NCBI GenBank assembly: GCA_963674595.2 | Contig: CAXXFV010000009.1 | Location: 154,175 to 218,174, forward strand | Reading direction: 5' to 3' | DNA from: a bacterium | Lineage (GTDB): Bacteria; Zhuqueibacterota; Zhuqueibacteria; Residuimicrobiales; Krinioviventaceae | DNA: 64,000 bases | Shown: piece after piece, positions 30,218-41,703 of the stretch | How positions within the stretch are numbered: position 1 is the first letter of the stretch | How the letters are laid out: each line of letters begins with the position of its first letter | Made by a program: the position numbers and the translations under genes | The notes under the pieces: generated by a model | Told to the model about the DNA's origin: nothing | The model's input: the letters and a program-made list of their open reading frames with translations, nothing else | The model's database searches: none

Positions 30218-30249
30218 AGAAATGAAATATAAACTCATATTTCATTTCT
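30218..30249. terminator. AT-rich inverted repeat between convergent genes
   Basis: AGAAATGAAATAT-6nt-ATATTTCATTTCT. Confidence 0.55.
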
Positions 30250-30333
30250 ATTGTTTATAAATATGTTCATGTCTTTTACAATATTCTACCATCCTCATCA
30301 AGACTTTTATTTCGGCTTACAACACGGATCAGA

Positions 30334-31434
30334 TCAATAATACGGCAGTTGTTCGTCAAAGCAGGTGCCGTTGTTGCGATACCAGGAGACGACATGTTTT
30401 ATCGCTTCCAGGGCTTTTGTTTTTGCCGCAATATCTGAATTAAATGCCTGATGAGGCTGAACGTAAATGTTGGCATCACGGTCCAGTGATTTTTTTACCA
30501 AAATACGGGCCGCAGCATGATCAGCCCCGGCATCCTCGTTATTATTTACCAGGGCTGCAAATTTGGATTCGTCCGAAAAGACGTCGAGACCCAGCCCCAT
30601 GATTTTTCCGGATTGGTACAAGTCCCATAATCCCGCTTCCGGTGCAATTTCGCCCCTTGTTACATTTATGAATAAAAGTCCTTCTTTTGCCTGGGAAAGG
30701 TATTCCTTTGAAAAATAACCGACGTTGTAAAATTCGCTATTTTTGTTCTTTGTAAGATTCATTGCATTGATGATCATATCACTTGATGTAATTGCTTCTT
30801 CCTTTGAGACAAACTTGACCGAATCTCCATAGGAGCCTTTCAAAAAGTCCTGTCTTATATCAACGCCCTGAACTGACAGGCCATTCGCTTCCGCAAGCTC
30901 ATATATCCTTTTACCAATCTTGCCGACTCCGTAAACCGTCAGTGTTTTATGAGGTCCCAGTTCTAAAAAGGCACGTGATTTTTTTCTTTCAAAGGTTATT
31001 GTATTCTTTGCATAGTGATGCAGTTCTCCTGCCGCCGCATATAGGAATTTTATTGCTGTTTGGGCAACTGCATTGACACAATACTCCCGAAGAGAAGTGA
31101 CATTCACTGTTTCAGCTAAATGTTCAAGATGATCATACCCCGCACTTCGTGTAATAACGCTTTTTTTATTACCCGCCAGATAAGAATCCGGCAGCACAGA
31201 GTGGGTTTTAATGGTTATTATATCTGAAAGCTGTGCATCAGGATTATCTTTAAGATATTGTTGTACATTACTTGCTGTAATTAAATAACTGTGATTACCC
31301 GGCAGTTCTCCCCGTTTAATAGCCATTTTAGTTTCGTCTTGCAAATACTCTGCCTCGGGACCCAGAGCTTCGAAATGCATAATATCATATTGCGCTGTTT
31401 GTGAGCTATTTTTCTGTAACGAACTCATTGTCAC
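30334..31434 (-). CDS. D-isomer-specific 2-hydroxyacid dehydrogenase-like protein
   Basis: TRSAGYDH, GVGKIG, INVTRG, GLDVF, PHQAF. Confidence 0.85.
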   Translation of the reverse strand: MTMSSLQKNSSQTAQYDIMHFEALGPEAEYLQDETKMAIKRGELPGNHSYLITASNVQQYLKDNPDAQLSDIITIKTHSVLPDSYLAGNKKSVITRSAGYDHLEHLAETVNVTSLREYCVNAVAQTAIKFLYAAAGELHHYAKNTITFERKKSRAFLELGPHKTLTVYGVGKIGKRIYELAEANGLSVQGVDIRQDFLKGSYGDSVKFVSKEEAITSSDMIINAMNLTKNKNSEFYNVGYFSKEYLSQAKEGLLFINVTRGEIAPEAGLWDLYQSGKIMGLGLDVFSDESKFAALVNNNEDAGADHAAARILVKKSLDRDANIYVQPHQAFNSDIAAKTKALEAIKHVVSWYRNNGTCFDEQLPYY

Positions 31435-32205
31435 CTCATGAAAATATATTGAATTTTATGTTTAATAAAAAGTATTTCCATACTTTATTTTTCTAAGTAA
31501 TTAATAAACATGCCAAACCCTCACAACACCATAAATCGGTATTGTCATATCATTGCACACATTTGGAATTTCATTCTGAATAGCTTTTGCTATATAAAAG
31601 CTGACCAGATCGATTCCAGCAGAACCGAAACCAAAATCATTAGGGCAGGTAATAATGAAGTGTTTCAAAAATCTGCTCTTTTTAAAACAACGAATTCATC
31701 AGTATTTAAAGGGTAATTCAGGTAGGCAAGTAAATATTCGTTAGCTATTTTAGTATAAAAAAGTGTCAGGTTTTGTGTGTTTCTAAAAATTGCCTTTTTA
31801 AAAATTTTAGGGTATTTAATGTTTTGGGGGTGGTTTTTGTAACGAACAGGCTAATTCATATTAAAACTGGAATATTTAATTTTATTATTTACAAACATCT
31901 TAACCTGTTTAAGATATGCATTTAATAAAATTAGGTCATTGGAAAAAAATGTAACATAAATACGATTAAAAAACAAGATTTTTATTATTCTTGTTACCGT
32001 AATTTTTATTTCCTTTGCTGAATATTGTGAACGCACTGAGATAGTTTGTAATTTTATGGACATGGTTAAAAATTGAATCATTAATAAAATTTTATTACAA
32101 AACTCGACGCCTGGAATTTATTTGTTTGTGATGAGTTCTCATTTATATGGTACTTTATAAGCCTTAAAATTTTATCCCGGTTAAAGCATTGGCTTTTGTC
32201 AAGAA

Positions 32206-33513
32206 CTATTTTTTACATCGAATTGTTATAGAATATTTCCCCTTATAATCCTGGGGATTTTTTGAAAATCCGATTTTTCTTTTGTTTAGATATAACCTGA
32301 TGTTTTTATTTTTAGGAATATAAAAAGTCATGCCCTTTAAATCCTTTATCGTTGGGATAAAAGTTCCTTCAACTTTGTTTGTTATATTTTCAATATGTAT
32401 ATTAACAGTATCCCCACTTGTTGTATATTTCCAGTTTAAATATTTACGATGAATATAATAGTTTAACAGCTTTGATGTTGACGCCACCCACAGGTCACCA
32501 ACAGTGTTTTTGTGTGAAATATATTTTAAAACTTTTAAAGTAGAGTCGCAAATATAGGGAGCACCATTATTATCTCCTAGATGTGTATATTGAATCATAT
32601 AGCCCTGATTGCCGATTAATTCGTCAATGACTGCTTGGCACAATTGAAAACAAATAAATGGCTCATCTGCAATTGAATGTTTGCCCCATCGATTTATATA
32701 TCTTACAAAATCAAATATTTTTTGACCATCATCAAGTGTAATAACATGGACCAGGTTATTATCATGATTCCGGATAATTTTATGATGAGCTTTAAAATCC
32801 TGTAAAAATTCTATTAATTGTTTTATTAAATTCTCTGCGGTTGGCTTGCCATCCTGACCGATGCAGTGAGTGATATGCCCTGACCAAAGAAATTTTACTC
32901 CGTAATTTAATAACAAATCCGAATGATATTCTTTACTGGCGGGATTATCTCCCAGTTGTGAGGGTAATAAACCAATGTTGTTTGTATTTTCCAAGCCGCC
33001 GTGATTTATAAATACATCAATGAATAGTTTTTCCTTTTCTAGTTTATTTATGGCCCGGATTGCATAATTTCTATCAAAAGAACTGTCTGAAAAATTTCCA
33101 AACGAATGCAGACAGTCAATTATCCCTTTTTTTATATAATAACTTATTACTTTGGCAGCAGTTGATAACGAATCGGATAATCCGTTATAATAGCTTATTC
33201 CATGATCGGGTTTGCTGGATGAAAAATAATCTGTTTTTTGGGATGAATCAAAATCCCCGGACCTGTTCAACTCTTGCTGTTCATTATAAAACCAAAACGA
33301 ATCACCAATATCCAGTCCCAGGCAACTGTCTGTATCTGTTCTGTTGATGATATTATGGATTTTTATAAATTCTTCCACCGTCTCTGTGTTATCAATATCA
33401 GAACATATTGTAAAGGCAGCTTTATAGGGATAAGGAAATTTCCGTAGTTCAACTTGTTTTTCACAACTTGTTAAAAGTAATGCAAAAGATATGATAGCCT
33501 TCAGGTGTCGCAT
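32206..33513 (-). CDS. Lipoprotein with polysaccharide-deacetylase-like fold
   Basis: Lipobox LTSC, FPYPYKAAFTICSDID, LHSFG, NHG, YTHLG. Confidence 0.6.
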   Translation of the reverse strand: MRHLKAIISFALLLTSCEKQVELRKFPYPYKAAFTICSDIDNTETVEEFIKIHNIINRTDTDSCLGLDIGDSFWFYNEQQELNRSGDFDSSQKTDYFSSSKPDHGISYYNGLSDSLSTAAKVISYYIKKGIIDCLHSFGNFSDSSFDRNYAIRAINKLEKEKLFIDVFINHGGLENTNNIGLLPSQLGDNPASKEYHSDLLLNYGVKFLWSGHITHCIGQDGKPTAENLIKQLIEFLQDFKAHHKIIRNHDNNLVHVITLDDGQKIFDFVRYINRWGKHSIADEPFICFQLCQAVIDELIGNQGYMIQYTHLGDNNGAPYICDSTLKVLKYISHKNTVGDLWVASTSKLLNYYIHRKYLNWKYTTSGDTVNIHIENITNKVEGTFIPTIKDLKGMTFYIPKNKNIRLYLNKRKIGFSKNPQDYKGKYSITIRCKK

Positions 33514-34341
33514 ATTATTTCCTTTATAGTGAAATTTTATGGATTTGTCACCTTGCAAGTTTCGGCTTATTTTTACAATGAGCAGCTTTTTAAAAAATGC
33601 GCTCGTTTGTAAATCTTTTGGTAATCGTTGGAAAAGTCGATTATGGTGGTTTAGTAATTGGTTAATATGGCATAAATAACTTGCTTGTTTTTTTTACGAA
33701 AATTTTTAATACAGAAAATAAATATTATGTGTTTTATAAAATGTATAAAGCACAGTTTTTCTACCTTTAAGTACAAGTTTGATATAACTTGATTCTGTAA
33801 ACCGGCCCGAAATGTTTTGTTTGAAAGAACAGTTAGCATATATTAACATGGGAAAGAAGCTGGCTGCAAACAATAGCTCCTTATATATCTTTTCCAGAGT
33901 TCCCATATTCGAAAACCCCATGTTTTAGTTTATATAAATGAAATATATAAACTAAAACGTCCCATGTCAAATGCTTTTTAATAAAGTACGACGATTGTAA
34001 TTCAATGACCATTTTTAGTTCTCCGGCTGATATGTATTTAATATCTTGAATCGGGAAATTTTATTACCAGTCAGGTGGAAGCCTTGATTTAGTGATCTGA
34101 GGAATAGATACAAATATGAGAGGAATATCGTTATAATATTTCAAAAAACAACTTGAAGCAAAATGAGAAAATGTGTATTATTTGTTTATCTGTTGAGTTT
34201 ATTTTTCAATGTAATCAAAAATTCGGGGGAGACTCTGAATGTTGGCATATCACTTATTTATTTTAGTCCGGCCTTAATCCAGTCTTAAAATTGGATGATT
34301 TGATAGAATGGTGATGATGTGATTAATAGAAGATAATTAAT

Positions 34342-34830
34342 GTGAAACATGGGGCTTTTATGCGATATAGAATGAGTGAATGGCTGATCATCATATCCGG
34401 AGTTGTTTTTCTTTGCTCATGCAGCGGTACCTTGAAAAAACAATACTATTTATACGATGAAGAGGGCTTTACGCCTGTACATAAGGACAGTGTGTGCTTG
34501 TCTGAAGAAGAAATTCAACAAGAAATAAAATTTACAACGGCTGAAAAGACAGCAAGCCTGTTGGGAGGCGTTTATGTAGGGTTCCCTGCCGGTGGTATGT
34601 TAGGTGTTCTTGCAGCCGGAACTGTTTTTAAGTTTAAATGTGATGATTCGTCAATGAATTTAATCCAATTTTTCTTTGCCGGTGCGGCGATTGGTACTGT
34701 TGCCGGACCCTGGCTTTTTTACAGGATAAATAAAAATACCGCCAGGGACCAGGCAATAGAAAGATTGTTAAAACAGCGGCAGTTGAAACAAAAAAAAGTT
34801 GAAATATCAGAGGACCGTCATGGAAAATGA
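34342..34830 (+). CDS. Hypothetical lipoprotein/membrane protein
   Basis: LCSC lipobox and two Gly-rich hydrophobic segments. Confidence 0.65.
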   Translation: MKHGAFMRYRMSEWLIIISGVVFLCSCSGTLKKQYYLYDEEGFTPVHKDSVCLSEEEIQQEIKFTTAEKTASLLGGVYVGFPAGGMLGVLAAGTVFKFKCDDSSMNLIQFFFAGAAIGTVAGPWLFYRINKNTARDQAIERLLKQRQLKQKKVEISEDRHGK

Positions 34831-34918
34831 TCCTTCTAATCCCGCTTGTTATGGCTTTGGTGGTATCTGTTTATATTTGAAAAAACTGTAATTGATTATT
34901 AGTTCAATTCTGTTAGTT

Positions 34919-36877
34919 TTATTTCAGTTTATTAGCAAGTTTTTCTATGGCAGAAACAATGATAATTTCAGCCTGGGCATAAGGCTGTTTTGCTTTTTCA
35001 ATCCTGCTTTGCCATTCCTTGATGATCGATGGTTTTTCTGCCGGTTTTTGTTGTTTCACATATTCCAGGATGTGCAGACCTGTTTTAGCAATTTCAGACA
35101 GGTTTTTCGACAGGGGCTCAATTTCTTTTAAAATTGGAGAAACCGCGATGATGGGGGATAGCTTGGTGTGGTTCTCCGCCCATTGGATAAGCAAGTCTTC
35201 AATGTCCCCGGTTTGCTGGTTTGGCATTGACAAATAATCATCCACCATTTTTTTGAATTTTCGGGCCGTTGTTGAATCGGGTTCTGTCGCATAAACGGTT
35301 CTCGTCATGGGGGATTGTTGTGTGAGATGGTCCGGGCGATATTCTAGATAGTCTTTAACCGGTTCCAAAACATCAACCAATACTTTCAGCAGGGTAATGT
35401 CCCTGTTGTTTACAAGCCGTTTGAGCATCATGAACTGATTTTTTTTGTGCAAGAGTCCCAATTCTTCAAGCTGAAAACTCATTTTTTCCAGGCGCCGGTA
35501 CATATCATCCACGTCGCGAATCGTTGCCTGTGACCATAACCTCTCTGCAATGGCCGCATTTCTTGGCCAGATTCTGGAATCTATGATCTCCGCCGTAACG
35601 ACTTCACCCCACATAGCCGCTTCGCCACCCAAAATATATTTTTGCTCCTCAGGTGTTAATGACGAGTCAGCGGGGACCGGATCATTCAAATAGTGAAATT
35701 CCGTAGAGTGGTTCAAATCCAGATAATAGCCGTTAGATAAAATCGTATAATAACCTTTTTGTGCCGATTCTGTTAAAAAGTCGTGACCTCTCCAGGATTG
35801 GATAACAACACTTTTCGGCAGTCCGGGTTGCAATATTTCGTCCCATCCCATTAATTTTTTGTTGTATGACGAGGTGATTTCCAATATTCTTTTATTAAAA
35901 TAATTTTGCAGTTCCAGGATACTTGTCATTCCGTTTTTGCTCATAAAATCTGTTATTTCATCATTGCTGTTCCAGTGAACGCCGTTGTTTTCATCACCAC
36001 CGATGTGCATATATTCATCCTGAAAAAGGCCGGCCATTTCCTCAAAAAATCGTGAAAAGAATTGATAGGTTTTTTCCGTAACCGGATTAAAAACCGGATT
36101 TTTAATTCCCCATGTTCTTTCAATCTGATAAGGACCGGGCGCCGAGGCCAATTCCGGCAAAGCGACCAGCCAGCTTGTGGCATGTCCGGGAATGTCAAAT
36201 TCAGGAACAACGCGAATCCCTCGGTTATCAGCATATTTTATAATTTCTTTGATCTGTTCCTGGGTGTAATAATATCCGTCGGAGCCCAATTCATGGAGTT
36301 TTGGAAAGGTTTTACATTCAATGCGAAAACCCTGATCGTCTGTTAAGTGCAGGTGCATAATATTCATTTTAACGGCCGCCATGCCGTCGAGATTGCGTTT
36401 GATGACATCGACCGGCATAAAATGCCGGCAGACATCGATCATCAGGCCCCTCCAGGGAAAACGCGGCTCGTCTTTAACACAAATGGCAGGGAAAAAATAT
36501 CCCGTATCGTCGGAAGAAAATAATTGTAACAGCGTTTCCATACCTCTTAAAACACCAATGTCTGTTTGGGCCTTTAAAAGAATGTTTTTAGTGGAAATGT
36601 TTAGGTGATATGATTCGTCTTCGAAAAGCCGTAGGCAGCCGATTCTATCATATTCGAGTATCAATCCGGGTAAAGTCACATCGTTTTCGAACGACAAATA
36701 ATTTTGTTTAAAGGTCATCCCGGTCCGACCTGAAAGCCTCTCCATTAAGCGCGCTGCATTTGAAAGAATACGATCAGAAGTTTCTCCTCTGATCTGTATT
36801 GAAAAATTTTCATCTATTTTATATGTGCCGTCTGATAATTTAATTTGTGCAGGAACCGGCATCAGGTTCAATTTCAT
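34919..36877 (-). CDS. GH20 beta-N-acetylhexosaminidase
   Basis: PRFPWRGLMID, HLTDDQG, PEFDIPGH, HIGGDE, GGEAAMWGE, WPR. Confidence 0.95.
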   Translation of the reverse strand: MKLNLMPVPAQIKLSDGTYKIDENFSIQIRGETSDRILSNAARLMERLSGRTGMTFKQNYLSFENDVTLPGLILEYDRIGCLRLFEDESYHLNISTKNILLKAQTDIGVLRGMETLLQLFSSDDTGYFFPAICVKDEPRFPWRGLMIDVCRHFMPVDVIKRNLDGMAAVKMNIMHLHLTDDQGFRIECKTFPKLHELGSDGYYYTQEQIKEIIKYADNRGIRVVPEFDIPGHATSWLVALPELASAPGPYQIERTWGIKNPVFNPVTEKTYQFFSRFFEEMAGLFQDEYMHIGGDENNGVHWNSNDEITDFMSKNGMTSILELQNYFNKRILEITSSYNKKLMGWDEILQPGLPKSVVIQSWRGHDFLTESAQKGYYTILSNGYYLDLNHSTEFHYLNDPVPADSSLTPEEQKYILGGEAAMWGEVVTAEIIDSRIWPRNAAIAERLWSQATIRDVDDMYRRLEKMSFQLEELGLLHKKNQFMMLKRLVNNRDITLLKVLVDVLEPVKDYLEYRPDHLTQQSPMTRTVYATEPDSTTARKFKKMVDDYLSMPNQQTGDIEDLLIQWAENHTKLSPIIAVSPILKEIEPLSKNLSEIAKTGLHILEYVKQQKPAEKPSIIKEWQSRIEKAKQPYAQAEIIIVSAIEKLANKLK

Positions 36878-36910
36878 AAAAGTCCTTTTTTGTGTGAGCG
36901 TAAAAAAGTA

Positions 36911-38848
36911 TCAGGCTTTTGCAAACAGGTTGTTTTCAAAATAAAACAATCTTCCGGTTTCGTTGCCGGAAATAATTTCCAGCTTTCCGTCGCCGTTCAC
37001 GTCTGCGGCGGTCGGTGAACAACTATGTGTACCGAGGTTGACCATTGAACCATCCGTATAGCAAAGCGGTTTTAACATAAAGACCGGGTTCTTTACATCA
37101 CCAATATTTTTTAAAATCAGAAAGGTCGATTTGCCTTTGGGAATACCTTCGTTTGCATGGTGGGGGAGAGGCGTGGAACTGCTGGTGCCAACCAAAATAT
37201 CTGTTGTGCCGTTTTCCGTCCAGTCACAAGCATCAAGTTTTACCCGGCCCTGCCCGCCGCTGATTGTGTCGAGACGAATCCATCTGCCCAAATTATCAAC
37301 AAGACGAATGCCCGGTACAAGTTCCGTATCATTCCTGCCGGGAGCTTTGGGAAACCGTGTAATCATACCCTGCCTGTCCAGAAAAATCAGTTCCGGTACC
37401 CCGTCTCCATCCAGGTCTGCTACGGCAGGCCGAACTCTCCATTCTCCCCTGAAAGGTTTGCCATCGACGGTAAATGTTTCCGGTGCGGCAAAACGGGGTT
37501 GTACTTTGGAACCAATGTTGCGCAACAATAAAAAATAGCCTGTTATATTACCGAGGATCAAATCCAGCAGTCCGTTTCCTGTCCAGTCATAAAGAACGGG
37601 ACAGGTGTAACCGTGAATGCGTTCATCCGGTCCCTGCATATTTCCCGTCTCTCCTGATAGGAATCTAAACGTTTCACCTTCAACATGCAGCAATTCAGGA
37701 TTGCCCCATTTTGGAATTGTTTTTGTTCCTTTATTTTCAATCATATAAAGGTATCCGTCTTCCACGCCTGTTATCATATCCGGAATGCCGTCGCCGTTCC
37801 AGTCGCCGATTTCCGGAACAAGAAACGAACCGATACGGATTTCCGTGTCCTTGCAATAGAGCATCGAAGGCTTGGCAAAGCTCCCATCTTTTTCATAATT
37901 GTTTTTTGCAAAATAGATTTGACCGCTATAACATCCCATAACAAGATGCGGATGTGCATCACCGGGAAGATGTACAGATGACGGCCAGGGGTATTGAAAA
38001 TCTGTTTGTAAAACGGCGGTTTGCGTGTCACCGGCTTTGGGACGCAGGACCGTGTCTCCGGGAGTATCTGAAAGCGCATACATTTTCAGTTTCCAGTCGT
38101 CCAAGAGAACTGCTTCGAGGTGTCCGTCTAAATCAAAATCATCCACAACCAGTCCGCCGCCGCTGTCCTTCAATCTAAAGGGGCCGTTCTCTGTTCTGAC
38201 AGTCCCGGTAAATTCGGCTTTTGGCACGGGTCCGGCAAAATCCAGTAAAAATAAATACAAATCCGCATCCGGTGTGCCTCCCAGCCAGTTTCCCTGGTTG
38301 TCGTATCCAATATCGATACCGTCCTGGTTGATGCCGATTGACCGTCCGCCGTAAACACCTTTTTCGCCGGGATAATAATCATAGGCATCCGAAACAGCGA
38401 TCATCATTTCAAACGGAGCATCGGAAGAACGCTGGAAAATGGAAACAGCCGACATGGAACGTCCATAGCGGTCAAGATTCAGATGTTTTTTTATATCCAG
38501 ATCAACCGGATTTTCAAACGTTAAAAAATCGCTGTCTGTTTTCCACACCGTGGCGCCGCTTTCGCTGAACAAAAACCACTCTTTTGTTTCCGGGTGCCGG
38601 ATCGGGAAAATATCCGCCGCCCATTCACCCAGCTCTTTGATCATTCGGCCTTTTTCATATCTCGGAACACCGTTATCATCCAGATTACAAAATTTAAAAT
38701 AATAAACACCTTCACGAATACCGGATACAAGCAGGTCCGGATTTTCTTTTGAGGGGACAGACTTGACATGCGAGGCCAAACCGGAGTTTATCTGTGTCCA
38801 TTGTACAGACTGTTTATCGTGATGTAAAATAGTATATTTCTGACTCAT
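36911..38848 (-). CDS. FG-GAP/VCBS repeat beta-propeller protein
   Basis: Repeats DFDLDG, DWNGDGIPD, DWTGNGLLD, DLDGDGVPE, DVNGDGKLE. Confidence 0.85.
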   Translation of the reverse strand: MSQKYTILHHDKQSVQWTQINSGLASHVKSVPSKENPDLLVSGIREGVYYFKFCNLDDNGVPRYEKGRMIKELGEWAADIFPIRHPETKEWFLFSESGATVWKTDSDFLTFENPVDLDIKKHLNLDRYGRSMSAVSIFQRSSDAPFEMMIAVSDAYDYYPGEKGVYGGRSIGINQDGIDIGYDNQGNWLGGTPDADLYLFLLDFAGPVPKAEFTGTVRTENGPFRLKDSGGGLVVDDFDLDGHLEAVLLDDWKLKMYALSDTPGDTVLRPKAGDTQTAVLQTDFQYPWPSSVHLPGDAHPHLVMGCYSGQIYFAKNNYEKDGSFAKPSMLYCKDTEIRIGSFLVPEIGDWNGDGIPDMITGVEDGYLYMIENKGTKTIPKWGNPELLHVEGETFRFLSGETGNMQGPDERIHGYTCPVLYDWTGNGLLDLILGNITGYFLLLRNIGSKVQPRFAAPETFTVDGKPFRGEWRVRPAVADLDGDGVPELIFLDRQGMITRFPKAPGRNDTELVPGIRLVDNLGRWIRLDTISGGQGRVKLDACDWTENGTTDILVGTSSSTPLPHHANEGIPKGKSTFLILKNIGDVKNPVFMLKPLCYTDGSMVNLGTHSCSPTAADVNGDGKLEIISGNETGRLFYFENNLFAKA

Positions 38849-38881
38849 TTTTGCCTGCCGTTGTTAAGAAAATATATTTGT

Positions 38882-40732
38882 TTATTTAGAACCTGAACAT
38901 CCTGCATGATAGTTGCTGATTGCCTGTGAAACCGTCAAAGCGCAACTGTAAATTCGTAGTGATTCTATTCTTCCGTGAAAAGACGGTGCAATTGCAAGAT
39001 CAACACCTGTTACGTTCTCCAAATCCGGGTGAAGCCGGCCCCAGCCAAATTGCCGGTTTTCGTCGCCGGTTAATAATTGTCCGTTTACCACATAAAGTAT
39101 CAGTTTGGGGCCGCCATCCACAATAATGACAACGTGATTTAATTTATCCTTTTCAAACACCTGACCACATGTGAACCATTGGCTGCTGATGGGACCGTTG
39201 TTTAAAACAATCTGCATGTTTTTATCCGAATCAATACCCACATAAAAGCCCTGTTGTTTGTTTAACCGGTTATCAAACAAAATATCATTGGCAGCGATTT
39301 CATCAAACCCGACCCAAAAATCAATAGAAAAACCATGCCGGTAATCGCGTTTTCCAAAATCCGTTCTTTTGGGATTGCGCCAGCAAAACTCGGGCAGGCC
39401 CTGTATATCTGCTTTTTTCGGCATTTTTTTATTTCCCTGTGGAAGCTGGCAGATTAACTGGTCTGTTTGAACAGTGTTCGCCTTGTCCTGGTTCCATAAA
39501 CCCTGGAGAAGATTTTTATCCAAATGGTGGATGCGGGCCACATCTTTTTGCGTTTCGGTAATGTAAAAATCAGAATCCGTTTCAATCAAATCCGGATAGC
39601 TCATTCGTATAAGCGGATCATCATCATAGATAATGATTTCCGGCTGAGAGAATACAATAGTGCGGCCCTGATCGGTTTCTTTTTCCTGACCGCCGCAAAG
39701 CCAAACCGGATTCCTGTAATGGTAAGAAAATGTCGCATTGTCCTGGCGATTTCCCAATGCGGGGCCGCCATTGTTGTGGAACCAATACAAATAGTTGCCG
39801 TTATGGCATTTCCATACAAAGTTGGCAGCGCGGGGATGATGGATCAGGCGTCCATCGGCATATCGCAAGTACTCTGATTTTGTCCAGGAATGGCCTTTGT
39901 CAAAACTCCTGGCACATGCCGGATATCCGTCAATAGTGCGAAATACCGTATAAAACGTTCCGTCGCTTAACACACAAAAGCTGTGTTCTTCCGCAACCGG
40001 ACCGCCACCCTGGGGAGCCCCAATACCTGTTTCGCCGTCCGGTAATGTTTCCCAGGTTGCCTTTTCAGGGTTTTCCTCGTCAAGCAGATTTTTGCTGCAA
40101 AGTAAAACACCTTCCGAACTTGTGTGTCCGCCCCAGCCAAATGCCCCAATTTTACACAAGGGCACATAAACCGCTCCGTTGTCAATAAAAGGTCTGCCGA
40201 CGTTCCAGAAAAATCGCACTTTGCCTTTATAAGGATTTTGGCGGTCCATGGTAAATTCGCGGACCGGAATTTGTATTCGCTTCGGTGACCATGAACGTCC
40301 GTGATCGTCACTGATTTTCATTACAAACGCACCGAGCAAATCGACACGCCGGCTAAAGCCGCCTTTAAAAGGCGGATCATCTGCTATGACCTGGCGAATA
40401 TTGTCGATATTATAGTTATAAAAACAGAATATCCTGCCGGAAGGTGCTTTAAGTAACACGGCATAAGAAGATTCGGGATCGTCCATATTTTCAAGCGCTG
40501 CAGAAGAGTTCCAGGAACGACCCTGGTCGGTTGAACGCTGTGTGAAAACATGCTGGCCTTTATGACCTTCACTGCCGGGGCCGGTCGTCAGGACGCACAA
40601 CCATGCATGATCATCAGTCTGTATAATATAGGGCTGATCGCTATAGCTGAGGGATGGAATTTCCTTGCCGTGGCTGATGTGCCGGGGATCCGGAATTTCA
40701 GATGTGGTGTCGTTTTCAGATTTTAAAGACAT
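38882..40732 (-). CDS. BNR/Asp-box sialidase-like protein with C-terminal LamG-like domain
   Basis: STDQGRSW, SDDHGRSW, SFDKGHSW, RMSYPD, and C-terminal F.G.I..LRIY..AL. Confidence 0.82.
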   Translation of the reverse strand: MSLKSENDTTSEIPDPRHISHGKEIPSLSYSDQPYIIQTDDHAWLCVLTTGPGSEGHKGQHVFTQRSTDQGRSWNSSAALENMDDPESSYAVLLKAPSGRIFCFYNYNIDNIRQVIADDPPFKGGFSRRVDLLGAFVMKISDDHGRSWSPKRIQIPVREFTMDRQNPYKGKVRFFWNVGRPFIDNGAVYVPLCKIGAFGWGGHTSSEGVLLCSKNLLDEENPEKATWETLPDGETGIGAPQGGGPVAEEHSFCVLSDGTFYTVFRTIDGYPACARSFDKGHSWTKSEYLRYADGRLIHHPRAANFVWKCHNGNYLYWFHNNGGPALGNRQDNATFSYHYRNPVWLCGGQEKETDQGRTIVFSQPEIIIYDDDPLIRMSYPDLIETDSDFYITETQKDVARIHHLDKNLLQGLWNQDKANTVQTDQLICQLPQGNKKMPKKADIQGLPEFCWRNPKRTDFGKRDYRHGFSIDFWVGFDEIAANDILFDNRLNKQQGFYVGIDSDKNMQIVLNNGPISSQWFTCGQVFEKDKLNHVVIIVDGGPKLILYVVNGQLLTGDENRQFGWGRLHPDLENVTGVDLAIAPSFHGRIESLRIYSCALTVSQAISNYHAGCSGSK

Positions 40733-40780
40733 AAAACTCTCACAATTTTAGTTTATGTGTTTATTAAATATCGTGGAAAA

Positions 40781-41698
40781 TTACTCATTGACGGATATAT
40801 CCTCGCGCGCCAATCCTTTGAATAAATTAGCAATCGCACCCTTTGCCATCTCTTCCCGTGTTTCAAAAGTTGATGAGGCGGCATGGGGGCTTAACAATAC
40901 TTTATCACCTAATTCACATAAGGGACCGGAATAGGGTTCTTGTTCAAAAACATCAAGCGCTGCGCCGGCGATTTCATCGTTATTTAACGCTTTTAAAAGT
41001 GCGTCTTCGTCAATGACCGGACCCCGTGATGTGTTTATCAGCAAAGCGGTCTTTTTCATTAAACGAAAACTGTCGGCATTAATGATATGGTGTGTCTGTT
41101 CTGTTAGGGCAACATGTAAACTGACAATATCACTCACCTTTAACAAGTTTTCCAGAGAGACCATTTGACAATGGGGATGGTTCTTTAAAGACCGGGTAAA
41201 CCCCAATACATTACAATGAAAAGCACTTAATATTTCAGCAACGCGTCCGCCGATTTGTCCGCATCCAACCAGTCCGACGGTTTTGCCGTTCAACAGAGTG
41301 CCGACTGTTTTTTCCCATTTTTTAAATGCCATTTTTTGGTTTTGAGTGTGAATATGTCGCATCAGGGTTAACATCATACCTACGGTAAATTCAGCAACAG
41401 CTTCAACAGGAGCGGTTGGTGTATTAAAAATTTTGATTCCAAACTCTTTGGCGGCATCCAAATCGACCGAGTCAAGGCCTGCGCCGAAACGCGAAACAAC
41501 GCGCAAATTTTTTGCCTGTTTCAAAACATTTCGGGTCATGGGTTCGAGTCCGGCAATAATGCCAATGGGATTATATTTTTCAATCATTTCCAATAACATT
41601 GATTCCGTCATACGGCGTCCATAGGGATTTTTTACCCAGTTTAACTGTCCCGAAAGGGAAGGTAGATCTATATTATCAACATTGCATAAAAGATTCAT
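40781..41698 (-). CDS. Phosphoglycerate-dehydrogenase-like D-2-hydroxyacid dehydrogenase
   Basis: GAGLDSVD, GCGQIG, INTSRG, ALDVFEQEP, SPHAAS. Confidence 0.92.
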   Translation of the reverse strand: MNLLCNVDNIDLPSLSGQLNWVKNPYGRRMTESMLLEMIEKYNPIGIIAGLEPMTRNVLKQAKNLRVVSRFGAGLDSVDLDAAKEFGIKIFNTPTAPVEAVAEFTVGMMLTLMRHIHTQNQKMAFKKWEKTVGTLLNGKTVGLVGCGQIGGRVAEILSAFHCNVLGFTRSLKNHPHCQMVSLENLLKVSDIVSLHVALTEQTHHIINADSFRLMKKTALLINTSRGPVIDEDALLKALNNDEIAGAALDVFEQEPYSGPLCELGDKVLLSPHAASSTFETREEMAKGAIANLFKGLAREDISVNE

Positions 41699-41703
41699 AA
41701 GGA

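Noticed and set aside
31440-32200. Short ORFs 31510-31716 and 31851-32081
   Set aside because: AT-rich intergenic DNA with no motifs or clear RBS.
26400-34300. Complete DGR cassette
   Set aside because: No reverse transcriptase, avd or AAC-rich template repeat was found in the window.
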